From Verrucomicrobiota bacterium (GTDB taxonomy: Bacteria > Verrucomicrobiota > Verrucomicrobiia > Chthoniobacterales > JAFAMB01), in contig JAFAUY010000327.1 of assembly GCA_019243005.1 (NCBI GenBank), positions 1 through 37,806 on the forward strand: DNA of 37,806 nt, in the 5' to 3' direction. The translations under genes and the position numbers were made by a program. The first letter of the stretch is position 1, and the number at the start of each line of letters is the position of its first letter. Shown piece by piece: positions 9,291 to 18,309 of this stretch. The notes beneath the pieces are model-generated. The model had not been told where the DNA came from, did not search any database, and worked only from the letters and a program-made list of their open reading frames with translations.

Positions 9291-10213
9291 GCGACGCGCG
9301 CCTCACCGAACCGGCTTTCTCAACTTGCTGGAACTCCGGGCGCCACACCCGGGGCGAGCAGATGCTGGCCGAGATCGCCGGCCTGGGCTTCCATCGGATC
9401 GAGCTCGGGCACGGCGTCCGGATGTCGTTGTGGGACGGCATCATCCATGGCCTCGGCCGGCACGAATTGCAGGTAACCAGCCTCCACAACTTCTGCCCGT
9501 TGCCGGTCGAAATTTTGCGGGCGGACCCGGATTGCTACCAATGCACGTCGCACCGGCTCGAAGAACGCGAGCGCGCGGCGCGGTATACCCGGCAAACCAT
9601 TGACTGGGCGGCTTCCTTGCGTGCGCCGTATGTGGTGCTGCACCTGGGTTCCGTCCCGATGCCGCGTTACACGGACAAGCTGATCGAGTTGATCCGTCGC
9701 GGCCATTACCTCGATCGAAGGTACGTGAAGACCAAAATCGCCGCGCTTAAAGCGCGCGAAGCCGCACGGTCCCTTGACCGGGTCCGGGAGTGGCTCAGTC
9801 CTTTAGCGCAATACGCGAAAGCCGCCGGGGTGAAACTGGCCATCGAAAATCGAATCGGCTTTGAGACGGTCCCGAGCGAACGAGAATTCACCGCGCTCCT
9901 CGACGAAGCTGATTTCGCGGAAGTCGGCTACTGGCACGATTTCGGGCACGGCCAGGTTCGGGCCAATCTTGGTTGGATCGATCACCGGGAATGGCTCGCG
10001 CGAATGCAACCCCGCCTTTTCGGCTGCCACGTGCACGATGTACGCTTTCCGGACCACGACCACCTCGCCCCGTTCACGGGGATGACGCCATTGCCCGAGT
10101 TGTTCGCGATGTTGCCGCCGGACACTTTGTACGTTTGGGAGATGGGACCGCGGGTTTCTGCCTCGGAAATCACCGCCGCACTCGCCAAATGGTGCGTCTT
10201 GGGGCAACGGTAA
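9287..10213 (+). CDS. Sugar phosphate isomerase/epimerase (xylose isomerase-like TIM barrel)
   Basis: The pattern is FSTCWNS...LAEIAGLGFHRIELGHG...VVLHLG...LAIEN...HDFGH...CHVHD. The TTG start overlaps the glgP stop (TTGA). The start is uncertain. Confidence 0.7.
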   Translation: MSDARLTEPAFSTCWNSGRHTRGEQMLAEIAGLGFHRIELGHGVRMSLWDGIIHGLGRHELQVTSLHNFCPLPVEILRADPDCYQCTSHRLEERERAARYTRQTIDWAASLRAPYVVLHLGSVPMPRYTDKLIELIRRGHYLDRRYVKTKIAALKAREAARSLDRVREWLSPLAQYAKAAGVKLAIENRIGFETVPSEREFTALLDEADFAEVGYWHDFGHGQVRANLGWIDHREWLARMQPRLFGCHVHDVRFPDHDHLAPFTGMTPLPELFAMLPPDTLYVWEMGPRVSASEITAALAKWCVLGQR

Positions 10214-10221
10214 CCTGCCGT

Positions 10222-10896
10222 ATGCCGCATCCAAAGGTCCTGATCAATTTTGCCCTGACGGTCGATGGCAAGGTTTCCACCGCCGGCTTTACCCCGACCA
10301 CTTTCACCAGCGCCTACGATAAAAAGCGCCTCCTTGAAATTCGCTCCCTGGCCGACGCCGTCATGGTCGGTCGCGGTACCGTGGAAAAAGATCGGATGAC
10401 CATGGGCATGCCGGATGCGAAACTGCGCAAAGCGCGGCAGGAGCGCGGGCAGGCCGAGTACCCGCTCCGGGTGATCCTGTCCGGTTCGGGCAAGCTGGAT
10501 CTTAACCTGCCGGTCTTCGGCCAGAAGTTCAGCCCCATCCTCCTTTTTACCGGAAAATCGGCTGCAAATGAGGTATCCTGGCCGGACCACGTCCGTGTGT
10601 ATCGGTCTGAGCGCGACTGGCAGGATTTGGGCGAGGTGCTGTCGTTTCTTTATGCGCAATATGGGGTGCGAACCCTGATCTGCGAAGGCGGCCCGACCCT
10701 GGTTCGAGCCCTGGCGGAACGCGACCGGATCGATGAGATCTACGCGACGATTGCCCCCAAATTATTCGGCGGCGAGCATGCACCGGGACTTTTAGGCACT
10801 TCTGATGCGTTCTTATCGGCAAGCCGCGCGTATCGGATGGTGAACTTCGAAATCCATGGGGACGAAGCCTACCTGCACTACCGGCGGGATCGATAA
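10222..10896 (+). CDS. RibD C-terminal domain / dihydrofolate-reductase-like reductase
   Basis: ORF 9973..10896. Homology-like sequence starts at MPHPKVLINFALTVDGKVS (ATG 10222), followed by LADAVMVGRGTVEKD and LICEGGPTLVRAL. Begins 8 nt after the previous stop. Confidence 0.7.
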   Translation: MPHPKVLINFALTVDGKVSTAGFTPTTFTSAYDKKRLLEIRSLADAVMVGRGTVEKDRMTMGMPDAKLRKARQERGQAEYPLRVILSGSGKLDLNLPVFGQKFSPILLFTGKSAANEVSWPDHVRVYRSERDWQDLGEVLSFLYAQYGVRTLICEGGPTLVRALAERDRIDEIYATIAPKLFGGEHAPGLLGTSDAFLSASRAYRMVNFEIHGDEAYLHYRRDR

Positions 10897-10901
10897 ACGA
10901 A

Positions 10902-11339
10902 ATGCACCATTCCAATTCCATCATCATGCTTGCGCCCAAGGAGCGGATTTTCGAAACGGCCGCTGACCTGGAAGCCTGGCCACGGTTTTTACCCCACTAC
11001 CGGTACATTCACTATTATGAACGCGGTCCGGAACGAAACGTGGTCAAGATGGCTGCAAAACGGGATGGCTTGCCGATCGCCTGGGTATCGGAGCAGATCA
11101 TCGACCGGCAAGCCTGGCAGGTCCGGTTCCGGCATCTGCAGGCCTGGACCAAGGGGATGGAAGTCGTCTGGACGTTCGAGGAACAGGAACGGGGCGTCCT
11201 GGTGACGATTGTGCATGATTTACATTTCCGGATTCCCGCGCTGGCGCCTTTGGCGGAACCGATCATTGGTGGGTTCTTCATCGGCCCCGTGGCGAGCCGG
11301 ACCCTCGCGTTTATGAAGGCTCACCTGGAAAAACCATGA
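10902..11339 (+). CDS. SRPBCC (START / polyketide cyclase-dehydrase-like) family protein
   Basis: 145 aa. The segment ETAADLEAWPRFLPHYRYI resembles the cyclase/dehydrase or RatA-type W..FLP motif. Its stop overlaps the next start (ATGA). Confidence 0.65.
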   Translation: MHHSNSIIMLAPKERIFETAADLEAWPRFLPHYRYIHYYERGPERNVVKMAAKRDGLPIAWVSEQIIDRQAWQVRFRHLQAWTKGMEVVWTFEEQERGVLVTIVHDLHFRIPALAPLAEPIIGGFFIGPVASRTLAFMKAHLEKP

Positions 11340-12568
11340 GACGAGTGGTCATAACCGGCCTCGGCCCCATCACCTCGATCGGGATCGGGAAGAAGGCATT
11401 TTGGGAGGGGCTCCAGGCGGCTCGCACGGGGATCGGGCCCGTAACGTATTTTGATGCGACCATCTTCAACGCCCGCAGTGCGAGCGAAGTCAAAGATTGG
11501 TTTCCCGAGCGTTATTTTCCACCGCACCGGCTCAAGCGTCTGGACCGGTACGCGCAGTTTGCGGTCGGCTCCGTAGCCCTGGCGCTGCAAGACGCCGGAC
11601 TTGACTATTCAGCCAATGAGCCTCAGCCTCGGGTCGGAGTCAGCTTCGGGACGGCTCTCGGTGGCGTGGCCACAGCCGAAAGCCAGCATAAGGCGTTTGT
11701 CAACGGGGGCCCCAAGTCGGTGCACCAGACGTTGGCGCTCCAGGTATTCGGCGGATCGGCGCACTGCAACGCGGCGATCGAATTCGGGCTGCGCGGCGTC
11801 GGCACCACCAACTCGAACAGCTGTGCCAGCGGCAACGTGGCGATCGGCGAAGCGTTGCGCTACATCCGGGACGGCTGGGCGGACGTCATGGTAGCCGGAG
11901 CGGCTGAAGCGCCGCTGAGTCCCCTCACCTTCGGCGCCTTTGCCTTTATCCGGACAATGAGCCGCAATGTGGACCCGAAGTCGGCGTGCCGCCCGTTCGA
12001 CAAGCGGCGCGATGGGTTTGTGATGGGCGAGGGTGCGGCGAGCCTGGTGCTGGAAGAATACGAGCATGCCAAGGCGCGCGGCGCGCGCATATACGCCGAG
12101 GTCACCGGCTATAGCCTCAACAATGATGCGTTCCACATGACGACACCCCTGCCGACCGGCGAATCCTGCATTCAAGCCATGCTTGACGCCTTGGCCTCGG
12201 CCCGGGTGCGCCCCGAACAGGTCGATTACATCAACGGTCACGCCAGTTCGACGCAGTTAAACGATGCGAATGAATGTTTCTGCGTAAAGGCGGTTTTTGG
12301 CGAACACGCGCGCCGGTTAATGATCAGCGGCACCAAAGCCTACTATGGACATCCGCTCGGCGCCAGTGCAGCCATCGAGGGGGTGGTTTGTGCGCTGGCG
12401 CTCGAGCATAATTTCGTGCCCCCGACATTAAACTACGAAGAAGCTGATCCCGCGTGTGACCTCGACGTCGTTCCGCAGCAGCCGCGCGAAAAGCCGCTCA
12501 ATTGCATTCTGAGCAACGCCTTCGGATTCGGCGGGATCAATTCCTGCGTGGTTTACCAGAAGGTATGA
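11336..12568 (+). CDS. Beta-ketoacyl-ACP synthase, KAS I/II (FabF-like) family
   Basis: MRRVVITGLGPITSIGIGKKAFWEGL. Active-site Cys in NSNSCASGNVAIGEA, His in INGHASST and YYGHPLGASAAIE, and the C-terminal NAFGFGGINSCVV. Confidence 0.85.
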   Translation: MRRVVITGLGPITSIGIGKKAFWEGLQAARTGIGPVTYFDATIFNARSASEVKDWFPERYFPPHRLKRLDRYAQFAVGSVALALQDAGLDYSANEPQPRVGVSFGTALGGVATAESQHKAFVNGGPKSVHQTLALQVFGGSAHCNAAIEFGLRGVGTTNSNSCASGNVAIGEALRYIRDGWADVMVAGAAEAPLSPLTFGAFAFIRTMSRNVDPKSACRPFDKRRDGFVMGEGAASLVLEEYEHAKARGARIYAEVTGYSLNNDAFHMTTPLPTGESCIQAMLDALASARVRPEQVDYINGHASSTQLNDANECFCVKAVFGEHARRLMISGTKAYYGHPLGASAAIEGVVCALALEHNFVPPTLNYEEADPACDLDVVPQQPREKPLNCILSNAFGFGGINSCVVYQKV

Positions 12569-12768
12569 GTAGCGGGTAACGCGTAGCGGGTAGCGGGTGC
12601 GGTTCGGAGTTCGGAGCGGCAGAGAATGCCACCCATGGCGCAAGGGCGGACACCAGCGTGAGTGTCCTCTGAATCTGTGTAATCTGCGTAATCTGTGGAT
12701 GTTTTCCTCTTGTCTCTGTGGATTCGCCGTGTTCCGCCGTGGCGCCGTGTGATCGTCTTCACCGTGGC
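12569..12768 (+). repeat. Modular intergenic repeat element, copy L (3' side of argG)
   Basis: Contains AGCGGGT x3, GGTTCGGAGTTCGGAGCGG, the 25-mer GTGTAATCTGCGTAATCTGTGGATG (12677-12701) and the 45-mer TCGCCGTGTTCCGCCGTGGCGCCGTGTGATCGTCTTCACCGTGGC (12724-12768). The same modules occur in copies R and T. Confidence 0.75.
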
Positions 12769-14063
12769 TACGGTGTGCTGCGGTGTACGCGGGTGGCGAC
12801 TTTCAATCGGAGCGCGTTCAGCGCGATGAAACCGGTCGCGTCGGATTGATTGTACGCCTGGGTCGGATCGGCTTCCATCGTGGCGATCTGCGGATTGTAC
12901 AGGCTTACCGGCGAAGTGCGGCCGGCGGCGATCACATTACCTTTGTAAAGTTTCACCCGAGCGATGCCGGTAACATGTTTTTGCGATTCGGTGACCAGCG
13001 CTTGAATGGCTTCGCGTTCGGGCGCAAACCAGAATCCGTTGTAGACCAGCGCGGCGTACTTCGGCCCGAGGCCGTCGCGCAAGTGCATCACCTCACGATC
13101 CATCGTGAGCGATTCGAGTTGCCGGTGAGCGAAGAACAGGATCGTGCCGCCCGGCGTCTCGTAGACGCCACGGCTTTTCATGCCCACAAAGCGGTCCTCG
13201 ACCATGTCCACCCGGCCGATCCCGTTCCGGCCACCGAGCCGGTTCAGCACCCGCATGACCCAAAGGGGCGACAGCCGGACCCGCTCCCCTTGGTTTCCGG
13301 ACGACCCGCCGTCAAAACCGAGCTCATGAAGCAACTGGGGGAGGTTTTCATGGCCCAACGCCGTACAAACGCCGCGCTCGAATTCCAGTTCCACGTATTC
13401 CGGGCGGTCCGGCGCCGCTTCGGGTGCGACGGTGAGACGGTACATGTCCCGGAGATCCTCGGCGCTGGCATCAATCCATGGGTCTTCCAGGATGCCGCTT
13501 TCATAACTGATATGCAGGAGGTTACGATCCATCGAGTAGGGCTTCTTGGCGCTCGCCGCCACGGGGATACCCTGCTCCTCGGCGTACCTGATCATCTCGG
13601 CGCGACCCGGAAATTCCTGACGGAAACGCTCCTGGCGCCAGGGGGCGATCACTTCGATTTCCGGGGCAAGGGCGGCGACGGTCAACTCAAAGCGCACCTG
13701 GTCGTTACCCTTGCCCGTTGCCCCGTGGGCGACGGCTTGGGCGCCTTCCGCGTGCGCGATATCCACCATGCGCTTGGCGATCAGCGGCCGGGCGATGCTG
13801 GTGCCGAGGTAATACTGGTTTTCGTACAGCGCCGACGCCTGAAACATGGGAAAGATGAAGTCGCGTGCGAACTCCTCCCGCAAATCGTCGATATAACATT
13901 TGCTGGCGCCTGTTTTGATCGCTTTCTCTTCCAGTCCCTCCAGTTCTTCCTCTTGCCCGATATCTGCGCAGAACGCGATGACTTCCGCGTCGTATACCTG
14001 CTTGATCCACTTCAAAATCACCGAGGTGTCGAGCCCTCCGGAATAAGCAACGACGATTTTCAT
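12768..14063 (-). CDS. argG: Argininosuccinate synthase
   Basis: [20 protein letters not shown]..., [34 protein letters not shown]. Confidence 0.95.
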   Translation of the reverse strand: MKIVVAYSGGLDTSVILKWIKQVYDAEVIAFCADIGQEEELEGLEEKAIKTGASKCYIDDLREEFARDFIFPMFQASALYENQYYLGTSIARPLIAKRMVDIAHAEGAQAVAHGATGKGNDQVRFELTVAALAPEIEVIAPWRQERFRQEFPGRAEMIRYAEEQGIPVAASAKKPYSMDRNLLHISYESGILEDPWIDASAEDLRDMYRLTVAPEAAPDRPEYVELEFERGVCTALGHENLPQLLHELGFDGGSSGNQGERVRLSPLWVMRVLNRLGGRNGIGRVDMVEDRFVGMKSRGVYETPGGTILFFAHRQLESLTMDREVMHLRDGLGPKYAALVYNGFWFAPEREAIQALVTESQKHVTGIARVKLYKGNVIAAGRTSPVSLYNPQIATMEADPTQAYNQSDATGFIALNALRLKVATRVHRSTP

Positions 14064-14408
14064 GGCGGCTGCACCAATACACGGTCACACGGCGGGCACA
14101 ACGGAAGAGTTCACACGGCGGGGCGGCCACCGCGAAGACCGTCACACGGCGCCACGGCGGAACACGGCGACCACGGTACATCCACAAAAGGACGATCATC
14201 CGCCGCACCCCCCTCACATAGTCCTCTGCGAAAAGACTGCGCGCGGCGGATCCGCAGAACACGCAGAAAAGGCCTCCACAGCTTACGCAGATTACGCAGG
14301 GTCCGGGAATGGCCGGGCAGCAGCGTTGCCCTTTTCATTTGGGGCATTTCACTTGACACCGGCACTCGGCGCTCACCACGCCGAATGCCGAATTCCACCC
14401 GGCACTCG
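14064..14408 (-). repeat. Modular intergenic repeat element, copy R (5' side of argG, inverted relative to copy L)
   Basis: On the minus strand, 14126-14170 reads TCGCCGTGTTCCGCCGTGGCGCCGTGTGACGGTCTTCGCGGTGGC and 14273-14297 reads GCGTAATCTGCGTAAGCTGTGGAGG. GGAATTCGGCATTCGGCG and GTAACGGGTAAGGAGTAACGAG modules lie near 14370-14408. Confidence 0.75.
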
Positions 14409-14984
14409 TTACTCCTTACCCGTTACCGTGATGTGAGGTTCTTTCAGGTAGAGCGGTTCGACCGAAGCGGTCCAGGAGGAGGGATGGCTTAGCAGGCGGT
14501 CTGCGCGAGGGTCACAGATCAGGGCGGGAAGGTTTTCCGGAACGGGCGTGGTCGCAATGCAAGGCATGGGCGCCAATGCATCGAGGGTCGCCCGCAGATC
14601 TCGCGTCGGGACGAGCCGGGGGCCGTCAACGATGCGGCACGCGCGGATTACGGCAAGAAAATAATTTCCGCGGCGGGCGTTGCCGATGACTGCGCAGGGA
14701 TCCTCGGCGAACCCCAGAACCGACGGGCATCCCGCCAGCTCGCAGTTAAACGCCACCTGCAAGCCGAGTGCCGTCGCGGCAGCCACCCGCAAACCGGTGT
14801 ACGAACCCGGTCCGGTGCCGACGATGACGCGATCGAAGGCGGTTACCTCCCGGCGGGCCCGGGCAACGGCAAGCGCCAGTTGGCCGGAACCCTCGAACGA
14901 GGCCGTATGAACCACGCATCCATCTGTCGCGACGGCCAGGCTGCCGCGGCCGGTTGAGTTCTCGATCGCAAGTTCGGTTACCAT
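14409..14984 (-). CDS. tsaB: tRNA t6A37 threonylcarbamoyl transfer protein TsaB
   Basis: ORF 14409..15155. The conserved part starts at [18 protein letters not shown] (ATG 14984) and includes GTGPGSYTGLRVAAATALGL. Overlaps the tsaE stop by 7 nt. Confidence 0.8.
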   Translation of the reverse strand: MVTELAIENSTGRGSLAVATDGCVVHTASFEGSGQLALAVARARREVTAFDRVIVGTGPGSYTGLRVAAATALGLQVAFNCELAGCPSVLGFAEDPCAVIGNARRGNYFLAVIRACRIVDGPRLVPTRDLRATLDALAPMPCIATTPVPENLPALICDPRADRLLSHPSSWTASVEPLYLKEPHITVTGKE

Positions 14985-15385
14985 CGCACCTCCCGGGCGT
15001 TGTCCGCCAGGAACAACAGGTAAACGTGCCGCGTCCGCGGCGGCAATTCCGACGGGAACTTGGCGGCCCATTCGATCACCGTCACCCCGCGTTGATCGAG
15101 GTAATCGTAATACCCGATCCCTTCCAGCTCTTCGACGCGTTCGAGCCGGTACCAATCAAAGTGGAAGAGCGGCAGCCTGCCTCCCCGGTACTCATGAACG
15201 AGGGTAAAGGTGGGACTGCTGACGGCGTCATTGCTCCCCAACCCGGCCGCCAAACCCTTGACGAACTCGGTTTTACCCGCTCCCAGGTCCCCATGCAACG
15301 CCAGCACCGCTCCGGGTACGGCCGATCGGGCCAGCTCGAAGCCGGCGTCCCGCGTTTCTTCAGGAGACTGACAGATCCGTTCCAC
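14978..15385 (-). CDS. tsaE: tRNA t6A37 ATPase TsaE
   Basis: P-loop [15 protein letters not shown], followed by [10 protein letters not shown] and HFDWYRL. Confidence 0.85.
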   Translation of the reverse strand: MERICQSPEETRDAGFELARSAVPGAVLALHGDLGAGKTEFVKGLAAGLGSNDAVSSPTFTLVHEYRGGRLPLFHFDWYRLERVEELEGIGYYDYLDQRGVTVIEWAAKFPSELPPRTRHVYLLFLADNAREVRW

Positions 15386-15402
15386 GGCCAGGTCGAGCAG
15401 CG

Positions 15403-16287
15403 CTACAGCCGGAAATGGTCATACCCGCCCCGGGCCCGACCAACGGGCGTACGGGCGGCGGTAAGCTCACCGATCCGGCTCAGCTTCAACCTGGGAAATG
15501 CCTGGGCCCAGACCGCCTGGAGCCGGGTGCCTTCTTCGAGTGCGGTTGTGAAGAGCAACTCATAATCTTCGCCATCCCCCAGCCCCTGATCGGCGGTACA
15601 GCCGCGGTTAAGGGGCAAGGCCGCACGATCGAGCCGGAAGCCGACTCCGCTGGCCCGTGCCAAGCGCGGTAAATCCTTGGCGAGCCCGTCACTGAGGTCC
15701 ATCATCGCGTGGAGATGGAAATTTTCGTTCAGCCAGACGGCTTCCTCGACCCGCGGCTCGAAACGGAGGTGCCGGCCAGCCAGGGAGCCACCCAACTTCC
15801 CCGTAACGAAAATCGAGTCGCCGGGCCGGCCCCCGGCCCGGGTCACGTACCGTCCCGAGGGCAGGTACCCGGTCAGCGCCACGGAAATAAAGATGCCGTT
15901 CAATGATCGGGCCGTTTCGCCGCCGACCAGGTTCATGCGATACGTCTCCGCGGCGCGCCGCAACCCGGCGTACAGCCCGCGCACCCAGGACAACTGCAGC
16001 GAGGGGGGGACGGCGAGGGTGATGAGGCCGTCTCCAGGCCGGCCGCCCATCGCCGCCACGTCGCTGATGGCCCGGCAGAGTGCCTTCCAGCCGATCGCTC
16101 GGGGCGACGACGCGCGCGTGAAATGGACGTCTTCAATCACGCAATCGGTTTTCAGCAATAACAGCCCGGGCTCGTGGCGGACCACCGCGCAATCGTCCCC
16201 CGCCCGCACCAGCACGCGCGCGTCATTAGGCAATGCCTTGACGAGCTGCGCCACAACCTGATCTTCGCCGGCTTCAGCTAAGGTCAT
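15403..16287 (-). CDS. thiL: Thiamine-monophosphate kinase
   Basis: AIR-synthase-related fold: GDDCAVV, LKTDCVIEDVHF, AISDVAAMGG, MMDLSDGLAKDL. Confidence 0.85.
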   Translation of the reverse strand: MTLAEAGEDQVVAQLVKALPNDARVLVRAGDDCAVVRHEPGLLLLKTDCVIEDVHFTRASSPRAIGWKALCRAISDVAAMGGRPGDGLITLAVPPSLQLSWVRGLYAGLRRAAETYRMNLVGGETARSLNGIFISVALTGYLPSGRYVTRAGGRPGDSIFVTGKLGGSLAGRHLRFEPRVEEAVWLNENFHLHAMMDLSDGLAKDLPRLARASGVGFRLDRAALPLNRGCTADQGLGDGEDYELLFTTALEEGTRLQAVWAQAFPRLKLSRIGELTAARTPVGRARGGYDHFRL

Positions 16288-17095
16288 GCGGAAACATCAG
16301 GACGGCGACCAGGTTGAGCGCGTTGAATAAGGCGTGCATCGCCATCGGCACAAACAACGAACCGGTCACCTCGTATGCGATTGTAAACGTGCAACCCAGC
16401 ACGAATAAGGGCACCAACGCCGGCACGTTCACGTGCACCAGGCCGAACAGCACCGCGGTGAAAACTAGCGACGGCAATGAGCCAAAAAACCTTTTCATCA
16501 CCGTGTAAAGATAGCCGCGAAACACCAGTTCCTCCGCCACCGGCGCGATCACAACGGCGAGAAGGATGATGGAGACGCGCTGCCCGGGCTGGGTCGAGTC
16601 CCGGAAAATCTGGATGATTTCCTGAGATTCCTGCCCGGACCGGTCTCTTAGCCACTGGGTGACGATTTCGCTGGTGCCAAAGACCAGCGGCAACGCCGTG
16701 AACAACAGGCCGACGCCCCACACCACCGCCCGCAGGATCGGCAACTGGTCAAAGCCAAATAATTTGCCCACACGAATGCCGCGGGCTCGCAGGGAAATAA
16801 GGATCGGCCCCAGGATCAGCGCCCACGAAAGCAGCGTCGCCAGGATCAACTGCTCACCCGAGAAACTTGCGGCGCTGGGCGGGCCGGTCGTCTTCAAGTG
16901 GGCAAAGGATTGAAAAACGATGTAAAACACTAGCGCCGTTGCAAACACCACGTCCACCCACGTAAGCTGCTCGGCGCTGACCTTTCCCCCGCCTGTCGTA
17001 TAAACAAAGCGAAAGAGACGCAGGTAGGTGGCCAGGCTCACCGCGACCAGGAACACGGCGACCAACGCAAAGGGATAGTTCATGGTAAAACGCAC
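16274..17095 (-). CDS. CPBP family intramembrane glutamic endopeptidase (CAAX protease-like)
   Basis: Polytopic membrane protein with [20 protein letters not shown] and HALFNA motifs. Overlaps the thiL start by 14 nt. Confidence 0.8.
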   Translation of the reverse strand: MRFTMNYPFALVAVFLVAVSLATYLRLFRFVYTTGGGKVSAEQLTWVDVVFATALVFYIVFQSFAHLKTTGPPSAASFSGEQLILATLLSWALILGPILISLRARGIRVGKLFGFDQLPILRAVVWGVGLLFTALPLVFGTSEIVTQWLRDRSGQESQEIIQIFRDSTQPGQRVSIILLAVVIAPVAEELVFRGYLYTVMKRFFGSLPSLVFTAVLFGLVHVNVPALVPLFVLGCTFTIAYEVTGSLFVPMAMHALFNALNLVAVLMFPHDLS

Positions 17096-17137
17096 AGCTT
17101 ACACGCGTTCCCGGAAACGTCGAACCGGCTTCCCGCC

Positions 17138-17590
17138 ATGCGCGCCTTGATTCAGAGGGTAAAAGCCGCTTCGGTCACGGTCGACGGTCAGGAGGTCGGT
17201 GCTATCGGCGGCGGGTTACTGCTGCTGCTTGGCGTTGGCGTCATGGACGGACCGGAAGACCTGGAGTGGCTCGCACGAAAAACGTTGCAGTTGCGCATCT
17301 TTGCGGATGCGGAAGGGGCGATGAACCTTTCCGTGACGGAGGTGGGCGGCGGCATTTTGGTGATCAGCCAGTTTACCCTGTTCGCACGGACAAAAAAGGG
17401 AAACCGGCCCTCCTTCGTCGACGCCGCCCCCCCGGAAAAGGCCGCAGCGCTCTATGAAGCCTTTTGCCGGTTGCTGGCCGCACGGCATCGCGGGCCGGTG
17501 GCTGCGGGAAAATTCGGCGCCCACATGGAAGTCAGGCTGATCAATGACGGCCCCGTCACCATCTGGATCGACACGCGCGAACGCGCGTGA
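17138..17590 (+). CDS. dtd: D-aminoacyl-tRNA deacylase
   Basis: [18 protein letters not shown]..., [27 protein letters not shown]. Confidence 0.9.
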   Translation: MRALIQRVKAASVTVDGQEVGAIGGGLLLLLGVGVMDGPEDLEWLARKTLQLRIFADAEGAMNLSVTEVGGGILVISQFTLFARTKKGNRPSFVDAAPPEKAAALYEAFCRLLAARHRGPVAAGKFGAHMEVRLINDGPVTIWIDTRERA

Positions 17591-17736
17591 AGCGCTCGGA
17601 GCTCGGGGTTCGAGTTTGATATTCTCGCTCTGGTCGCCGTGTGACCTTAATCGGTGTAATCTGCGAAATCTGTGGATGCTTTCTCTCTTTTCTGCGTTGC
17701 CTGCGTGTTCTGCGAATGATCTGTTTTATCTGCGGC
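17591..17736 (+). repeat. Modular intergenic repeat element, copy T
   Basis: GCTCGGAGCTCGGGGTTCGAG, GTCGCCGTGTGACC, the 25-mer GTGTAATCTGCGAAATCTGTGGATG (17654-17678, one mismatch to copy L), then CTTTTCTGCGTTGCCTGCGTGTTCTGCG as in copy R. Confidence 0.7.
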
Positions 17737-18288
17737 ATGCACGCTTTTTCGGACGTAAAACGGATGGTCGTCCTCTCGGACACGCATGGTTTGATCCGCA
17801 CCGGTGTGGAACCGGAATTGGCGGGCGCAGATCTGATCCTGCATGCCGGGGACGTGGGTTCGTCCGGCGTCCTGGCGTGGCTTGGACGTTTCGCGCCGAC
17901 CATCGCCGTACGCGGCAACGTCGACGAGGATCGCCTGGGCTTACCGGAGACGGAAATCGTCTCGGTAAATGGTGAACTCGTCTATCTGCTCCACCAACTC
18001 GAACGGCTCGATCTCAACCCGCGTACGGCCGGTTTGCGGCTCATCGTGTCAGGGCACTCCCACAAAGCCTCCATCACGCAATCGAACGGAGTCTGTTTCT
18101 GTAATCCGGGAAGCATCGGACCACGGAGATTCCGGCTTCCGATCACGCTGGTAAGTTTCACCCTGGGTGCGGGAGCCTGGACCGGTACGCTGCGGGAGCT
18201 CATCATCCCTCCTGCGCCCGACAGCGGACGGGTCGAAATCCGCGCGAACTTTATCGTGCAGTTACCGCGCGGCGAGGCCGGGCCTTAG
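17737..18288 (+). CDS. Metallophosphoesterase, YfcE/MJ0936-like
   Basis: ORF 17641..18288. The first 32 codons lie inside the repeat element. The conserved part is MVVLSDTHG, LHAGDVG, VRGNVD, GHSH. ATG 17737 chosen, with 17764 also possible. Confidence 0.75.
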   Translation: MHAFSDVKRMVVLSDTHGLIRTGVEPELAGADLILHAGDVGSSGVLAWLGRFAPTIAVRGNVDEDRLGLPETEIVSVNGELVYLLHQLERLDLNPRTAGLRLIVSGHSHKASITQSNGVCFCNPGSIGPRRFRLPITLVSFTLGAGAWTGTLRELIIPPAPDSGRVEIRANFIVQLPRGEAGP

Positions 18289-18309
18289 ACCAACGGTTTG
18301 CAGGCTACG

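Noticed and set aside
12553-12762. ORFs translated from the intergenic repeats (12553-12762 minus, 14062-14436 plus, 14111-14398 minus, 17647-17844 minus), giving similar peptides such as STDYADYTD.
   Set aside because: The similarity comes from the DNA repeat modules in both orientations. There are no start signals, and the ORFs overlap real gene ends, so I treat them as repeat artefacts.
12783-14492. A 569-aa plus-strand ORF covering the whole argG locus. Similar long antisense ORFs lie at 1346-2014, 5800-6531, 7650-8930, 21171-22277, 22683-23381, 23919-24785, 36051-36950 and 37064-37735.
   Set aside because: Each lies opposite a gene with clear family motifs and has an Arg/Pro/Gly-rich composition without motifs. 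This is the usual stop-codon-poor antisense frame of GC-rich DNA.
17600-17625. GGGGTTCGAGTTTGA in repeat copy T, resembling a tRNA T-arm (GGTTCGA).
   Set aside because: No acceptor, D or anticodon arms can be built around it. It is part of the TCGGAG-type repeat module.
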